DNA of 64,000 nt from Octopus vulgaris (Eukaryota): positions 28,582,001 to 28,646,000 of the forward strand of contig OX597840.1 of assembly GCA_951406725.2 (NCBI GenBank), in the 5' to 3' direction. The notes beneath the pieces were generated by a model. The model was not told the origin of the DNA. It saw nothing but the letters and a program-made list of their open reading frames with translations, and made no database searches. Positions 29,556 to 43,364 of this stretch are shown here, piece by piece. Made by a program: the position numbers and the translations under genes. The stretch's first letter is position 1. Every line of letters begins with the position of its first letter.

Positions 29556-30014
29556 CCTACACATACACACATACATACATACAAATATACATATACATAT
29601 ATATATATATACAATCCAATACAGGCCCATTCCCTAATTTTAATTTTATTATCTTCATTTATTACTTTTGTTATCTTTGATCGCTAGGGCTAAGAATCCT
29701 GGCAATAGCTGCTTGTCCGTTTGTCTGTCTACTAGAAGGCAAGTACTCATTCCCGCACGCACACTCATTAGCACGTACATTCACCCATTCGTACACTCAT
29801 ACACATACACGTCCGCACGCGTTATATTCATACATACAAACATCTACATACGTTCACGTATATACACATACGTACTCGTACCTACAGATTCGTGTCTACA
29901 CTTTAGGAGGCTAGTCTATACATATACACCAATAAATATACATATATATATATATATATATACCCGCATATACATACACACACACACATATATACTCCTA
30001 CATACAGATACATA

Positions 30015-30072
<58 letters not shown>

Positions 30073-30260
30073 TACACATACCTACACATACACACATACA
30101 CATACACACACATACATACACATATATATACATACACAAACATATATACACACACATATATATACATACACACATACACACATACATACGTATACATACA
30201 TACATACATCTATACATCCATACTTACATGCATTTATACGCATACACACACCCATCTATA

Positions 30261-30297
<37 letters not shown>

Positions 30298-30869
30298 TCA
30301 CACATACATATACAAATCTACGCACACACATACATACATACACGTATACGCATACACGCACATACACATATACATGCGTACCCATACACGTGCACACACG
30401 CACGCGCATCCATATAAATACACACACACACATATATATATACACGTGTGCAAGCATACATACATACTCATACGCGCACACATACTTACAAATACATATA
30501 TGCACACACTTACACACATATATATACATACACATATACATGCATGTATATGTGTATGTATATGTATATGTGTATGTGCGTGTATGCGTACACGTGTATG
30601 TATGTATGTGTGTGCGTACACTCATTAGCACGTACATTCACCCATTCGTACACTCATACACATACACGTCCGCACGCGTTATATTCATACATACAAACAT
30701 CTACATACGTTCACGTATATACACATACGTACTCGTACCTACAGATTCGTGTCTACACTTTAGGAGGCTAGTCTATACATATACACCAATAAATATACAT
30801 ATATATATATATATATACCCGCATATACATACACACACACACATATATACTCCTACATACAGATACATA

Positions 30870-30927
<58 letters not shown>

Positions 30928-31703
30928 CATACCTACACATACACACATACACATACACACACATACATACACATATATATACATACACAAACATATATAC
31001 ACACACATATATATACATACACACATACACACATACATACGTATACATACATACATACATCTATACATCCATACTTACATGCATTTATACGCATACACAC
31101 ACCCATCTATATATATGTATATATATATATATATATATATACACACTCACACATACATATACAAATCTACGCACACACATACATACATACACGTATACGC
31201 ATACACGCACATACACATATACATGCGTACCCATACACGTGCACACACGCACGCGCATCCATATAAATACACACACACACATATATATATACACGTGTGC
31301 AAGCATACATACATACTCATACGCGCACACATACTTACAAATACATATATGCACACACTTACACACATATATATACATACACATATACATGCATGTATAT
31401 GTGCATGTATATGTATATGTGTATGTGCGTGTATGCGTACACGTGTATGTATGTATGTGTGTGTGCGTAGATTTGTATATGTATGTGTGAGTGTGTATAT
31501 ATATATATATATATATATACATATATATAGATGGGTGTGTGTATGCGTATAAATGCATGTAAGTATGGATGTATGGATGTATGTATGTATACGTATGTAT
31601 GTGTGTATGTGTGTATGTATATATATGTGTGTGTATATATGTTTGTGTATGTATATATGTGTGTGTGTGTGTATGTGTGTGTGTGTGTGTAGGTATGTGT
31701 AGG

Positions 31704-31753
<50 letters not shown>

Positions 31754-32212
31754 TATGTATCTGTATGTAGGAGTATATATGTGTGTGTGTGTATGTATAT
31801 GCGGGTATATATATATATATATATATGTATATTTATTGGTGTATATGTATAGACTAGCCTCCTAAAGTGTAGACACGAATCTGTAGGTACGAGTACGTAT
31901 GTGTATATACGTGAACGTATGTAGATGTTTGTATGTATGAATATAACGCGTGCGGACGTGTATGTGTATGAGTGTACGAATGGGTGAATGTACGTGCTAA
32001 TGAGTGTGCGTGCGGGAATGAGTACTTGCCTTCTAGTAGACAGACAAACGGACAAGCAGCTATTGCCAGGATTCTTAGCCCTAGCGATCAAAGATAACAA
32101 AAGTAATAAATGAAGATAATAAAATTAAAATTAGGGAATGGGCCTGTATTGGATTGTATATATATATATATGTATATGTATATTTGTATGTATGTATGTG
32201 TGTATGTGTAGG

Positions 32213-32257
<45 letters not shown>

Positions 32258-32668
32258 AGATATATGTGTATGTGCGTATGTGTGTGTAGATACGTATACA
32301 TGTGTGTATAGGTATAAGTGAGAATCTCCTTATTTACCTATAACTCTATCCCCCCTTTTTTTTATATATATATTTTATATATATATTTTATATATATATT
32401 TTTTTTATATATTTTTTTATATATATTTTTTTATATATATTTTTTATATTTTTTATATTTTTTATATTTTTTATATTTTTTATATTTTTTATTTTTATTC
32501 TTTTATTTTATCCTTTTATTTTTTTATTTTTATTTTTTTTTTTTTATTTATTTTTTTATTACCTTGACCACTCCCCCAAGTATGATATTTTGCGCTATGC
32601 CTACCCCCAAAAAGTCCCCCACCACCACTCCTCTAAATGTATAAATGCTAATACAATTCTTGTTAAAT

Positions 32669-32719
32669 AGCTTCCTGAAGATTTCTCTTGAATGAAACAG
32701 TACTAGTCCTGTAGAAGCT
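32669..32719 (+). ncRNA. Type I hammerhead ribozyme-like motif
   Basis: Stem I AGCTTC/GAAGCT, core CTGAAGA, stem II TTC-tctt-GAA (U.U at 10.1/11.1), GAAA, stem III ACAG-tactagtc-CTGT, cleavage triplet GUA (after 32713). Confidence 0.6.
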
Positions 32720-32800
32720 CCTTCTATATAATAAATTAATTTTACTCTGCTATGTATTGAGTACCTTACTTACTGTGGTTAACCCCGTATCAACCCGGGA

Positions 32801-32885
<85 letters not shown>

Positions 32886-32934
32886 GAAAAAACAAGTCAA
32901 GATAGAAAATGCTAAAATAATTTTATAAAGAACA

Positions 32935-32978
32935 TTTTAGTACCGGTTTCGGTCATTTTGAGACCTTTTCAACTGTAA
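32935..32978 (-). ncRNA. Hammerhead-like motif, U3-A8 variant
   Basis: ttacag TTGAAAA GGTC-tcaaaat-GACC GAA ACCGGT A ctaaaa; perfect stem II, palindromic stem III, weak stem I. Confidence 0.55.
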
Positions 32979-33126
32979 CGATTAAATAATTAAATTTAGA
33001 AAAATTAAAAGAAAAGTTTTTTTTAAGGAATATTTGTATAGTGTTCAAATACAAGTGGCATTTTCCTTGTTTCTGCCTTTCTCTGTCTCTCTCGTTTGCA
33101 CTTGTTATTTCGAGGTCAGTTCGCTG

Positions 33127-33166
<40 letters not shown>

Positions 33167-33204
33167 TACTATCTGTACGGTTTTTGTTTGTCTTTGTTTT
33201 GCAG

Positions 33205-33335
33205 CGGTGGTATTTCAAGTGTGCATACAGAATCGGTATAAACTGAACAAAAAATACCGCAAGTGGTTGACTGCGGCAAATTCAACACCAAATGCAGATG
33301 GCGGCTCAGAGAAAAGTTTGCTTCATCAAGCAAAG
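33205..33335 (+). CDS. IP3 receptor-like, exon b
   Basis: ttgcag|...|gtgcgt; (A)VVFQVCIQNRYKLNKKYRKW...SLLHQAK aligns with IP3R1 CLFKLCPMNRYSAQKQFWK. Confidence 0.88.
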
Positions 33336-33488
33336 GTGCGTTAATTATAAGACATACATTTGCTTAACTCCTTACCTGTCCAAAGCATTTTCTTGGGTTA
33401 GTCCGAAACGTCCTTGATTGTGTTTTTGCAGAATTTTTGTTCTGGAAGTTAATTCCGTTCAGTCGGTGGACAACACTGTGTACGCGGG

Positions 33489-34380
33489 GGCGCAATGGCC
33501 CAGTGGTTAGGGCAGCGGACTCGCGGTCATAGGATCGCGGTTTCGATTCCCAGACCGGGCGTTGTGAGTGTTTATTGAGCGAAAACACCTAAAGGCTCCA
33601 CGAGGCTCCGGCAGGGGATGGTGGTGATCCCTACTGTACTCTTTCACCTGTGGAGGCGCAATGGCCCAGTGGTTAGGGCAGGGGACTCGCGGTCATAGGA
33701 TCGCGGTTTCGATTCCCAGACCGGGCGTTGTGAGTGTTTATTGAGCGAAAACACCTAAAAGCTCCACGAGGCTCCGGCAGGGGATGGTGGTGATCCCTAC
33801 TGTACTCTTTCACCACTCTTTCTCTCACTCTTTCTTCTGTTGGCCTGCTCGCTTAGCCAGTGGGGTGGCGTCATTCGAAGGCTAAAACAATGCGATGCGC
33901 ATTGTGACCAGCGATGTGCAACTACATCTGATGGACTGGTCGGTCACGTGATCACGAGATATATATACATACATATATATATATGTGTGTGTGTGGAGGC
34001 GCAATGGCCCAGTGGTTTAGGGCAGCGGACGCGCGGTCATAGTATCGCGGTTTCGATTCCCAGACCGGGCGTTGTGAGTGTTTTTTGAGCGAAAACACCT
34101 AAAGCTCCACGAAGCTCAGGCAGGGGATGGTGGTGATCCCTGCTGCACTCTTTCACCACAACTTTCTCTCACTCTTACTTCCTGTTTCTGTTGTACCTGT
34201 ATTTCAAAAGGCCGGCCTTGTCACTCTCTGTGTCACGCTGAATATCCCCGAGAACTACGTTAAGGGTACACGTGTCTGTGGAGTGCTCAGCCACTTACAC
34301 GTTAATTTCACGAGCAGGCTGTTCCGTTGATTCGGATCAACCGGAACCCTCGTCGTCGTAACCGACGGAGTGTTTCCAAC
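33489..34380 (+). mobile_element. Cluster of three SINE family B copies (tails 2 and 3)
   Basis: Heads at ~33489, ~33652 and ~33995. Confidence 0.88.
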
Positions 34381-34617
34381 ACTGTGTAACAATTTGTTAG
34401 TTTTCGGTGTTTTTAGGGAGGTTTTTTGTCTTTGGCCAGTAAGTGGTATTTTCTATTTGCTTCAAGAAATCAAAGGAATCAAAGAAATCAAAGCAAGTGA
34501 CTACTTTTCCCTTCAAACTTTGTTTTTGTCATTTGGACATCAATGTTTTGAAACCGACCTGTTTTCCGTTACATTTCTGACAGATTCAGCGCTGAGTTAC
34601 TGAAGCAGAAATATCGT

Positions 34618-35072
34618 TATAGCAAATATTCTGCTCAATACCACAGATTTGCTTTAATGCCCTGATGCAGTACCAGGCAGTGGCTCTCATGGCTTCTGAT
34701 CTTAACTGATTGGAAGTGTTATCATGTACATTGTTTTGTCTTGGTATAAAAGATGGGCTACAGCAAATATTCTGCTCAATACCACAGATTTGTTTTAATG
34801 CCCTGATGCAGTTCCAGGCAGTGGCTCTCATGGCTTCTGATCTTAACTGATTGGAACTGTTATCATGTACATTGTTTTATCTTGGTATAAAAGATGGGCT
34901 ACAGCAGATATTCTGCTCAATAACACAGATTTGCTTGTCAGTTGTTTGACCATAACCAGTTGAGCATGTCCCTTAGCTGCTAACGATATGAGCATCTCTG
35001 ACCATGAGCAGAAGTAGTGGAGGGAGCATCATAGCCTTGTGTTGACAGGGATTCTTTGGGGTTTGAATAAAT
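34618..35072 (+). mobile_element. Element X, 3'-truncated, with tandem duplication of its 5' ~140 bp
   Basis: aatgccctgatgcag at ~34656 and ~34797. Confidence 0.8.
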
Positions 35073-35162
35073 GTAACAAAAACAAAGTTTGAAGGAAATG
35101 TGTGTGTGTGTGTGTGTGTGTGCATGCGTGTGCGTGCGTGTGTGTGCGTGTGTGTGTGCGTG

Positions 35163-35221
<59 letters not shown>

Positions 35222-35319
35222 GTATATGTGTGTGTGTATGTGTATGTGTGTGCGTGTGTGTGCGTGTGTGTGTGCGTGTGCGTGTGTGTGCGTGTGTGTG
35301 TGCGCGTGTGTGTGCGTGT

Positions 35320-35428
<109 letters not shown>

Positions 35429-35929
35429 TGTGTGTGTGTTTGTGTGTGTACGACGTCTACCAATCCACTCACAAGGCTTTGGTCGGTCCGTTGCAATAGA
35501 AGAAGACGCCTGCCCAAGGTGTCGCGCAGTGGGTCTGAACCCGGAACCACGTGGCTGGGAAGCAAGCTTCCTACCACACGGCCATGCCTGCGCCTATAAT
35601 AGTTTCTTGCAAAAGCACAATGCCAGAAATTATGGGGTGGAGGGGGGGAAAAGTATTAGTTGATTATATTGACCCCAATGTGTGACTGGTAGTTTATTTT
35701 ATCGATGCTGGGTTGGGGTAGGGGTGATGAAATATATATGGTAAAGTTGGCCACTGTACGGTTTGAACTCGCAACGTCAAGTGGAGTAACTACATGCCGG
35801 ATTGTGCTCTGCCCCAGCGCGCTACCGATTCACCCAGCCTATCGCTGTTATTCATATTTTTGAATACATTACACTTTTAGAAAATAGCTATCGCACCTAC
35901 ACACACAAACACACACAGGTGTATTACTT

Positions 35930-36044
<115 letters not shown>

Positions 36045-36175
36045 TTGTAATATATTCTACTTACACAAACACACACACATACATATGCGTATAAAAATAT
36101 GTATAAAGGTATTTGTGTGTAAACATATATATATATTATATATACTCGCGAATTTATGCGTATGCCTGTATACTT

Positions 36176-36213
<38 letters not shown>

Positions 36214-36219
36214 TTCTTG

Positions 36220-36265
<46 letters not shown>

Positions 36266-36273
36266 TAATATAT

Positions 36274-36322
<49 letters not shown>

Positions 36323-36533
36323 TACATACACATATATATATTATATATATATATATATACATATATACATACATACACATATTTATATATTATATATATA
36401 CTTTTGTAATGTGCGTGTTTATAATATATATTCATATACAAACATACACACACGTATATACACACCAACGCGCAAATATAAATACGCATACACTCTATGA
36501 TCTTTCTATACACATGTGTGTGTGTGTGTGTGC

Positions 36534-36567
<34 letters not shown>

Positions 36568-37147
36568 CTAAATCACAGCTTTGCTATCTTCTAATGTGCT
36601 TCCATTCCGGTTCCACTTTGGTAAGCCAATATCATTTACTGCTTCTTTGCTTTTGATGTGGAACGGAATTAGTCAGGCTTATAAATCGTTCCTTTGTCCA
36701 ACAACTTCCTCTCGCCGTAGATTAACCAAAATATATGTACCGTATCCAATGACCAATGAACTCACTCTGGCCCTTACGTCCTCCCATATTTCTAAGAGAA
36801 CAAACGGGGGTCAAGATCTAGGTCAGTAAGGGCCAGATCTTAGGCCAGAAACCACGGATTATGGCAGGAAAATTCGTTATTCTTATTCCGTTGAGAAGCG
36901 ACATCCCCTGACATTGCTGTGGGAATGATGGATAAGTTTACGTAAGACAACATCGAAGCATGGTATTGTGTGTGTTATATATGAGACTAAGTCGGCAAAC
37001 AGAAGAGGAGAATGGTTAGCATGCCGGATAAAATACCATGCGATATTTCGTCCGTCTTTACGTTCTGAGTTCGAATTCCGCCGACGTCGACTTTGCTTTT
37101 CATTCTTTCGAAGTCGATAAAACAAGTACTCGGGTCAACTTGAAACC

Positions 37148-37330
37148 ATTATTATTAATATTATTATTATTATCATCATCATCATCATCATCATTATCAT
37201 CATCATCATCATCATCATCATCATTATCATCATCATCATCATCATCAACATCATCATCATCATCATCATCATCATTATTATTATTATCATCATCATCATA
37301 ATTATTATCATTATCATAATAATAATTATT

Positions 37331-37369
<39 letters not shown>

Positions 37370-37414
37370 ATCATCATCATCATAATCATCATTATTATTA
37401 TCATCATAATTATA

Positions 37415-37452
<38 letters not shown>

Positions 37453-37503
37453 CATCATCATCACCATCATCATCATCATAATTATTATCATAATTATTAT
37501 TAT
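37148..37503. repeat. (ATT)n/(ATC)n compound microsatellite
   Basis: Direct reading; ends ~22 bp before an exon acceptor. Confidence 0.95.
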
Positions 37504-37525
37504 CCACCATCTTGCTTGGTTACAG

Positions 37526-37612
37526 CTGGCTGCACAGGCAGAAAATGCCGACAACGCCGCCGAACAGAAACGCCAGTTGGGTAAGAAGGTGCGCTATGGG
37601 GAGATCATTCAG
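37526..37612 (+). CDS. IP3 receptor-like, exon c
   Basis: ttacag|...|gtaagt; LAAQAENADNAAEQKRQLGKKVRYGEIIQ vs IP3R1 [28 protein letters not shown]. Confidence 0.92.
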
Positions 37613-38024
37613 GTAAGTCTACCCAAACTCTCCATTTCAACCCCCTTATTTTTTCAGAAGACAACGTGGGACGACGAGGATGAGGAGGAGGCGGCGGGCG
37701 GAATTAAATTTTTGTTTACTTTTTGTTTGTTTGTTTGTTTTGGGTTTTTTGGGGGTTTTTTTGGTTTTGCATGACTAAGTCAATGAATAGAGAAACGCGT
37801 CCTTTCGCCTGGTCTCCAAGACAGTTTACACAGGGGCCAAAAAGGAAATTTACTCTCGATTTGAACACTTGGATCCAGTATTTGCAATGGTTTGAAGATT
37901 GCTTTTCCTCATCTATCTAAACCAGAGGTTCTCGACCATTTATCTATGGTCCCTTTAGATTACTCTTTTATTCTGGTGGACCCCCGCAGCCATTCCACGT
38001 TTAAAAACTAGATTTTATAGATAT

Positions 38025-38254
38025 TCTCTTTACTCTTTTACTCTTTTACTTGTTTCTGTCATTTGACTGCGGCCATGCTGGAGCACTGCCTTTAGTCGAG
38101 CAAATCGACCCCGGGACTTATTCTTTTGTAAGCCCAGTACTTATTCTATCGGTCTCTTTTGCCGAAAAGATAAGGGAGGGGGACATAAACACACCAGCAT
38201 CGGTTGTCAAGCAATGCTAGGGAGACAAACACAGACACACAGACACACGCACAC

Positions 38255-38333
<79 letters not shown>

Positions 38334-38492
38334 TACGACAGGCTTCTTTCAGTTTCCGTCTACCAAATCCACTCACAAGGCATTGGTCGGCCCGGGGCTA
38401 TAGCAGAAGACACTTGCCCAAGATGCCACGCAGTGGGACTGAACCCGGAACCATGTGGTTGGTTAGCAAGCTACTTACCACACAGCAACTCC
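38025..38492 (-). mobile_element. SINE family A
   Basis: Full-length reverse copy. Confidence 0.88.
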
Positions 38493-38606
38493 TTCCTTTC
38501 AAAATTCCTATTTTATTTTTTCACTCTTTAACTTATGAAGGATAAACTCTGTAAAATGTTACAACAAAGAAACCAGTGTGTTTCTGGCAATACATACCAA
38601 TACATA

Positions 38607-38819
38607 GGCGCAGGAGTGGCTGTGGGGTAAGTAGCTTGCTTACCAACCACATGGTTTCGGGTTCAGTCCCACTGCGTGGCACCTCGGGCAAGTGTCTTCT
38701 ACTATAGCCTCGGGCCAACCAAAGCCTTGTGAGTGGATTTGGTAGATAGAAACGGAAAGAAGTCCGTCGTATGTATGTATTTATATATGTGTGTGTGTTT
38801 GTATGTTTGTGTGTGTATG

Positions 38820-38880
<61 letters not shown>

Positions 38881-38970
38881 ATATATATGTATATATATGT
38901 ATATATTTATGTATATATATGTAAATATGTATATATATATGTATATATATATATGTATATATATATGTAA

Positions 38971-39019
<49 letters not shown>

Positions 39020-39030
39020 CTATATATATA

Positions 39031-39069
<39 letters not shown>

Positions 39070-39297
39070 GTATATATGTGCATATGTTTGTGTGTTTGTG
39101 TTTGTTCCCCAACCATCGCTTCACAACCGATGTTCGCGTGTTTACATCCCCGTAGCCTAACGGTTCGGCAAAAGAGACCGATTGAACAAGTACTAGGCTT
39201 ACGAAGAATAAGCCCTGCGATCGATTTGTTCGACTAAAGGCGGTGCTCCATCATGGCCGTAGTCAAATGGACTGAAACAAGTAAAAGAATAAAAGAA
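38607..39297 (+). mobile_element. SINE family A with expanded internal microsatellite
   Basis: Head at 38607, tail at ~39290. Confidence 0.85.
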
Positions 39298-39323
39298 TAC
39301 AAAAAATACGGTAGCAGCAGCAA

Positions 39324-39385
<62 letters not shown>

Positions 39386-39569
39386 TTTTGCTTGCGCGCA
39401 CTGAATTCCGCGCGAACCAACACGTGTGTCCGGGGTATTGATGTCATAGGAATGTTACGAGTGTAGGTGGCGCTGATATCTAAATAACTACCACGTGCTA
39501 ATCCGTGGCAATCGCTCGTTTTTATACGGGGAATGCGTTTTTTGATTGATGACGTGCCCGACATATTAT

Positions 39570-39610
<41 letters not shown>

Positions 39611-39703
39611 TGCGTGCGTGTGTGAATGTATACATATGTATATATATATGTATGTATGTGTGTGTATGTTTTTATGTGTGTATACGTCTGTATGTTTGTA
39701 TAC

Positions 39704-39746
<43 letters not shown>

Positions 39747-39951
39747 CGTAGGAGTGGCTGTGTGGTAAGTAGCTTGCATACCAACCACATGGTTCCGTGT
39801 TCATTCCACTGCGTGGCACCTTGGGCAAGTGTCTTCTACTATAGCCTCGGGCCGACCAAAGCCTTGTAAATGGATTTGTTAGACGGAAACTGAAAGAAGC
39901 CCGTCGTATATATATATATATGCATGTGTATGTATATGTTTGTGTGTCAGC

Positions 39952-40009
<58 letters not shown>

Positions 40010-40019
40010 GACAGCCTTC

Positions 40020-40068
<49 letters not shown>

Positions 40069-40078
40069 GAAGGCTGTC

Positions 40079-40132
<54 letters not shown>

Positions 40133-40492
40133 CCTTCTTTTCAGTTTCCGTCTTCCGTATCCACTCATAAGGCTTCGTTTGATCTGGGGCTATAGTTGAG
40201 GACACTAAAGTGCCACGCAGTGGGACTGACCCCGAATCCATGAGGTTTGGAAACAAGCTTCTTACTACACAGCCACGCCTGTGTACCACGTGACCTACAG
40301 CAAAACAAAGCAAAATTCCTAAAGAACCGAAATGTATCACCGTGTTGGAGAAAGAAAACAAAAAGCAGCCGGCAGACGTTGGCGACTGTCGAAGAAAATG
40401 GGGGATAACTGCAATGTATTAACAATGAATTTCATTTAATGCTTCTGTTATGTGTTGTATATTGATATATTTTACTCTTGTGATTTTTTCAG

Positions 40493-40570
40493 TTAAAGCA
40501 CGGCCTAACAAAAAAATACATCCACATGTGTACGTCACAGACGAGTCAGAGAGATAAAAATAACATGATG
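40493..40570 (+). CDS. IP3 receptor-like, exon d
   Basis: tttcag|...|gtaagt; LKHGLTKKYIHMCTSQTSQRDKNNMM vs IP3R1 [26 protein letters not shown]. Confidence 0.92.
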
Positions 40571-40766
40571 GTAAGTCTACTTTGCGTTCTCTCATGTATG
40601 GTTGGTGCAGACGTACCGCGAGGCAATACTCGGAGTAGGCAGTAGGCGTTAATGAAATAAAAGTTCATGGAAGGGCGAAGCATATTCTGTTGTGTCTGGG
40701 GAGAGTCATTTTCTCTTTGTGCTTTATAATTTAACACACTCACCGGTAAAATTTCCACTTATTTTC

Positions 40767-40805
40767 CCTAAAATTTTCGTTGTGTCTTGCAACCTTTTCA
40801 ATAGT
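40767..40805 (-). ncRNA. Hammerhead-like motif, U3-A8 variant
   Basis: acta TTGAAAA g GTTG-caagaca-CAAC GAA AATT T tagg; followed by a short fold-back (40794-40833). Confidence 0.45.
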
Positions 40806-40839
40806 CTTGACTGTTGAAAAGACTATTGAAAAGATGATG

Positions 40840-41066
40840 TGTGTGTGTTTATGAGCGAAAACACCTAAGCTCCACACGGCTCCGGCAGAAGGTAATGGCG
40901 AACTTCTGCTGACTCTTTCGCCACAACTTTCTCTCACTTTTTCCTCCTGCATCTAGTAGCTCACCTGAGACGGACCGGCGTCCCGTCTAGGTGGGGAACC
41001 TATACGCCAATGAAACCGGGAAACCGGCCCTTATAAGCCAGGCATGGCTCGAGAAGGAACAAACAA
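40840..41066 (+). mobile_element. SINE family B, 5'-truncated, tail type 1
   Basis: Matches 11070-11653 in reverse. Confidence 0.85.
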
Positions 41067-41121
41067 CATGATGTATATAAAATGGACTTCAATGTTCGTT
41101 CCATGATATATTTTCCAGATA

Positions 41122-42142
41122 ACGTAAATCCTCGAGTATAGTCCGCCCTTGAGTATAATACGCAGGCGGATTTTTAGGGGGCTGTACCTCTGAAAAACCT
41201 AAACCTTGTGTATAATACGCACCCCTTCTCTTACTTAAGTCAAGGCGGTCTATATAACGTCCTTGGTTTGCAAAAATGTATACGGTAACGTCCTTTATTA
41301 TTATTGTACATACAACATAATGCAAACGTGTAGCGTTTTTGTGAATTTTGTTTGCAGAAAATAAAGAAATAACAGTAACAACGTTTAATAAATGTTGCTT
41401 ACTGCAAGTTATGGATGATTCTTTTATGACTTCATTGCTTTCAGGCTTAGCTTAGGGTATTTTCACGCCCTTGGGTATAATACGCAGGGGATTTTTAGGG
41501 GTTTGTACTTCTGAAAAACCTAAACCTTGTGTATAATACGCACCCCTTCTCTTACTTGAGTCAAGGAGGTCTATATAACGTCCTTGGTTTGTAAAAATGT
41601 ATACGTTACATCCTTTATTATTATTGTATATATAACATAATGCAAACGTGTAGCTTTTTTGTGCATTTTGTTTGCAGAAAATAAAGAAATAACAGTAATA
41701 ACGTTTAATAAATGTTGCTTACTGCAAGTTATGGATGATTCTTTTATGACTTCATTGCTTTCAGGCTTAGCTTAACGTATTTTCGTGCCCGACATCACAA
41801 AATGCGTCTGAATAAACATTGCCGGACAGCAAATAAAGACTCGGACATTGCTTAGAAAATATCTTTCATTTTTAACCTCGTATATAGTGCGCACTAGGGA
41901 TTTTGACCTTTAAATTTTGGGGAAAAAATGCGGATTATATTCGAGGATTTACGGTAGATAGGTATGCCAGCGTTGTGAACGAAATTTGGCAGATATACAC
42001 TGCGAGGGAACCAGACGAACGGATCGATACCATGTGGTTGTTCACGGATAATAATACGTAATTCGTGTTCTTGGTAAAAAGGGATTTTGACCTTTAAATA
42101 AATTTTGGGGGAAAAATGCGGATTATACTCGAGGATTTACGG
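41122..42142. mobile_element. Non-autonomous Tc2/pogo-like DNA transposon (MITE) with internal 322-bp duplication and duplicated right end
   Basis: TIR (c/a)cgtaaatcctcgagtatagtccgc at 41122 vs gcggattatattcgaggatttacgg-TA ending at 41954 and again at 42142; repeat units start at 41144 and 41466. Confidence 0.8.
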
Positions 42143-42718
42143 TATACGCCGTTTGTATGATTTCAAAGTAAAATCTATTATTTGGAAAATAAACACTTCT
42201 CTAAATGAATGATGAATGCGCGCATTTTATTGCTTGTTCGCTTCCGTTATATAATACCTTGTAATTAAAGGTAAGGATATGGAGTATCTCTTCCAAGTAG
42301 AGATTACATTTTCGACCCCACATTAGAATAATAATTGACCATTTAATATAATATTTGGTGCCCTTATATTTTAAAGTACAAGTGAACCCACTCGAACTTG
42401 TACAATTCTTTTTTTTTTTTCTGCTCTATTTTTTAAACAGCTGGGTTAGATTACTGCTATGTCTAGCAGACGAGTAACCATCTCTGAAGATGATTTAATA
42501 AGAACAAAATCATGTGATATGGTGGTCTCCGAGCTAGGATGGTAGGAAGGTCTCTCTCCGATTGCAATATATATATCGAGTGCAAAGCGCACTGAATAGC
42601 CAGCTGGTGCTGTATGAACATTTAATGTGGTTTTAGAGTCAAGTTTTGGCTGCTATTTCCAGCGTGGTTGTATCTTTTAGACACCCTAAATTATAATTAT
42701 ATATATATATATATAATA

Positions 42719-43100
42719 ATGCTGACATGCAGTGTCTGTGCAAGACCCTGCCTCAGTAAAGCTGGACTCAAGAGTCATCTTCGTTGTCATAAAGCGAGAC
42801 AGATGAGTGACAACCTGGCCACTGGTGGTGGTGTAACACACCATACTAATCATATCTGTCGGGCATGTGGAAGAGAGTGTAATTCGGCAGGAGGACTTAA
42901 ACGACATGCAAAGGTACATGAAGCCCAGTTACAACTACAGCCGGCTATTACCGGTAAAGGATTTAGTTGCCAATTGTGTACAAGACATTGTAGATCTTTG
43001 GCTGGGCTAAAAAGTCACATTCGATCACAGCACCAGTAACAATTAAGCTTCGTGCAATGGCCATACTCGATAACGAGGGGGCAGTCATAATAATAATAAT
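42719..43100 (+). mobile_element. 5'-truncated RTE-like LINE 3' end with three C2H2-type fingers
   Basis: CSVCARPCLSKAGLKSHLRCH, CRACGRECNSAGGLKRHAKVH, CQLCTRHCRSLAGLKSHIRSQH*, a short 3'UTR with hairpin ctcg-ataa-cgag and a (TAA)n tail. Confidence 0.75.
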
Positions 43101-43129
43101 GTATAGATATATATGTATGTATATATATA

Positions 43130-43335
43130 GTTAATCCAAACAAGAAAACACAGAAAAAAACACAGCAACGCGAGGACGTGGAACAATTAAAGTATTATTT
43201 GACGCTCAGGAAAGAAGGGAAGGAGGGTTTAACTTTTCGAGCGGAGCTCTTCGTCGGAAACAAGGAGAAGGAAAGATCCCGAGAAGGGAAGACAGAGGAA
43301 AACAATATTTTTGCTGGTGGTGCTCAAGAGATCAC
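43130..43335 (-). mobile_element. Penelope-like fragment with degenerate hammerhead (CCGACGA...GAAA)
   Basis: Homologous to 25365-25570; minus strand tttCCGACGAaGAGCtccGCTCGAAAagttaaac. Confidence 0.55.
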
Positions 43336-43364
43336 ATATATATATATATATATATATATATACT

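Larger units (their letters stand above)
29033..32736. mobile_element. 3.7-kb fold-back (inverted repeat) Penelope-like remnant with internal ~857-bp tandem duplication
   Basis: 29033-~30370 is the reverse complement of ~31400-32736; direct repeat units start at 29761 and 30618; hammerhead motif at both tips. Confidence 0.8.

Noticed and set aside
33489-34070. tRNA-Arg-like genes at SINE B heads (also 16168, 49419, 19341, 54165)
   Set aside because: Acceptor stems do not close and the sequences continue into SINE bodies.
37922-38000. hAT-like TIR start (cagaggttctcgacc)
   Set aside because: No matching second TIR or 8-bp TSD was found.
42668-43039. Host C2H2 zinc-finger gene
   Set aside because: No Kruppel linkers, abrupt 5' truncation at TA repeats, and a LINE-type 3' hairpin with (TAA)n tail.
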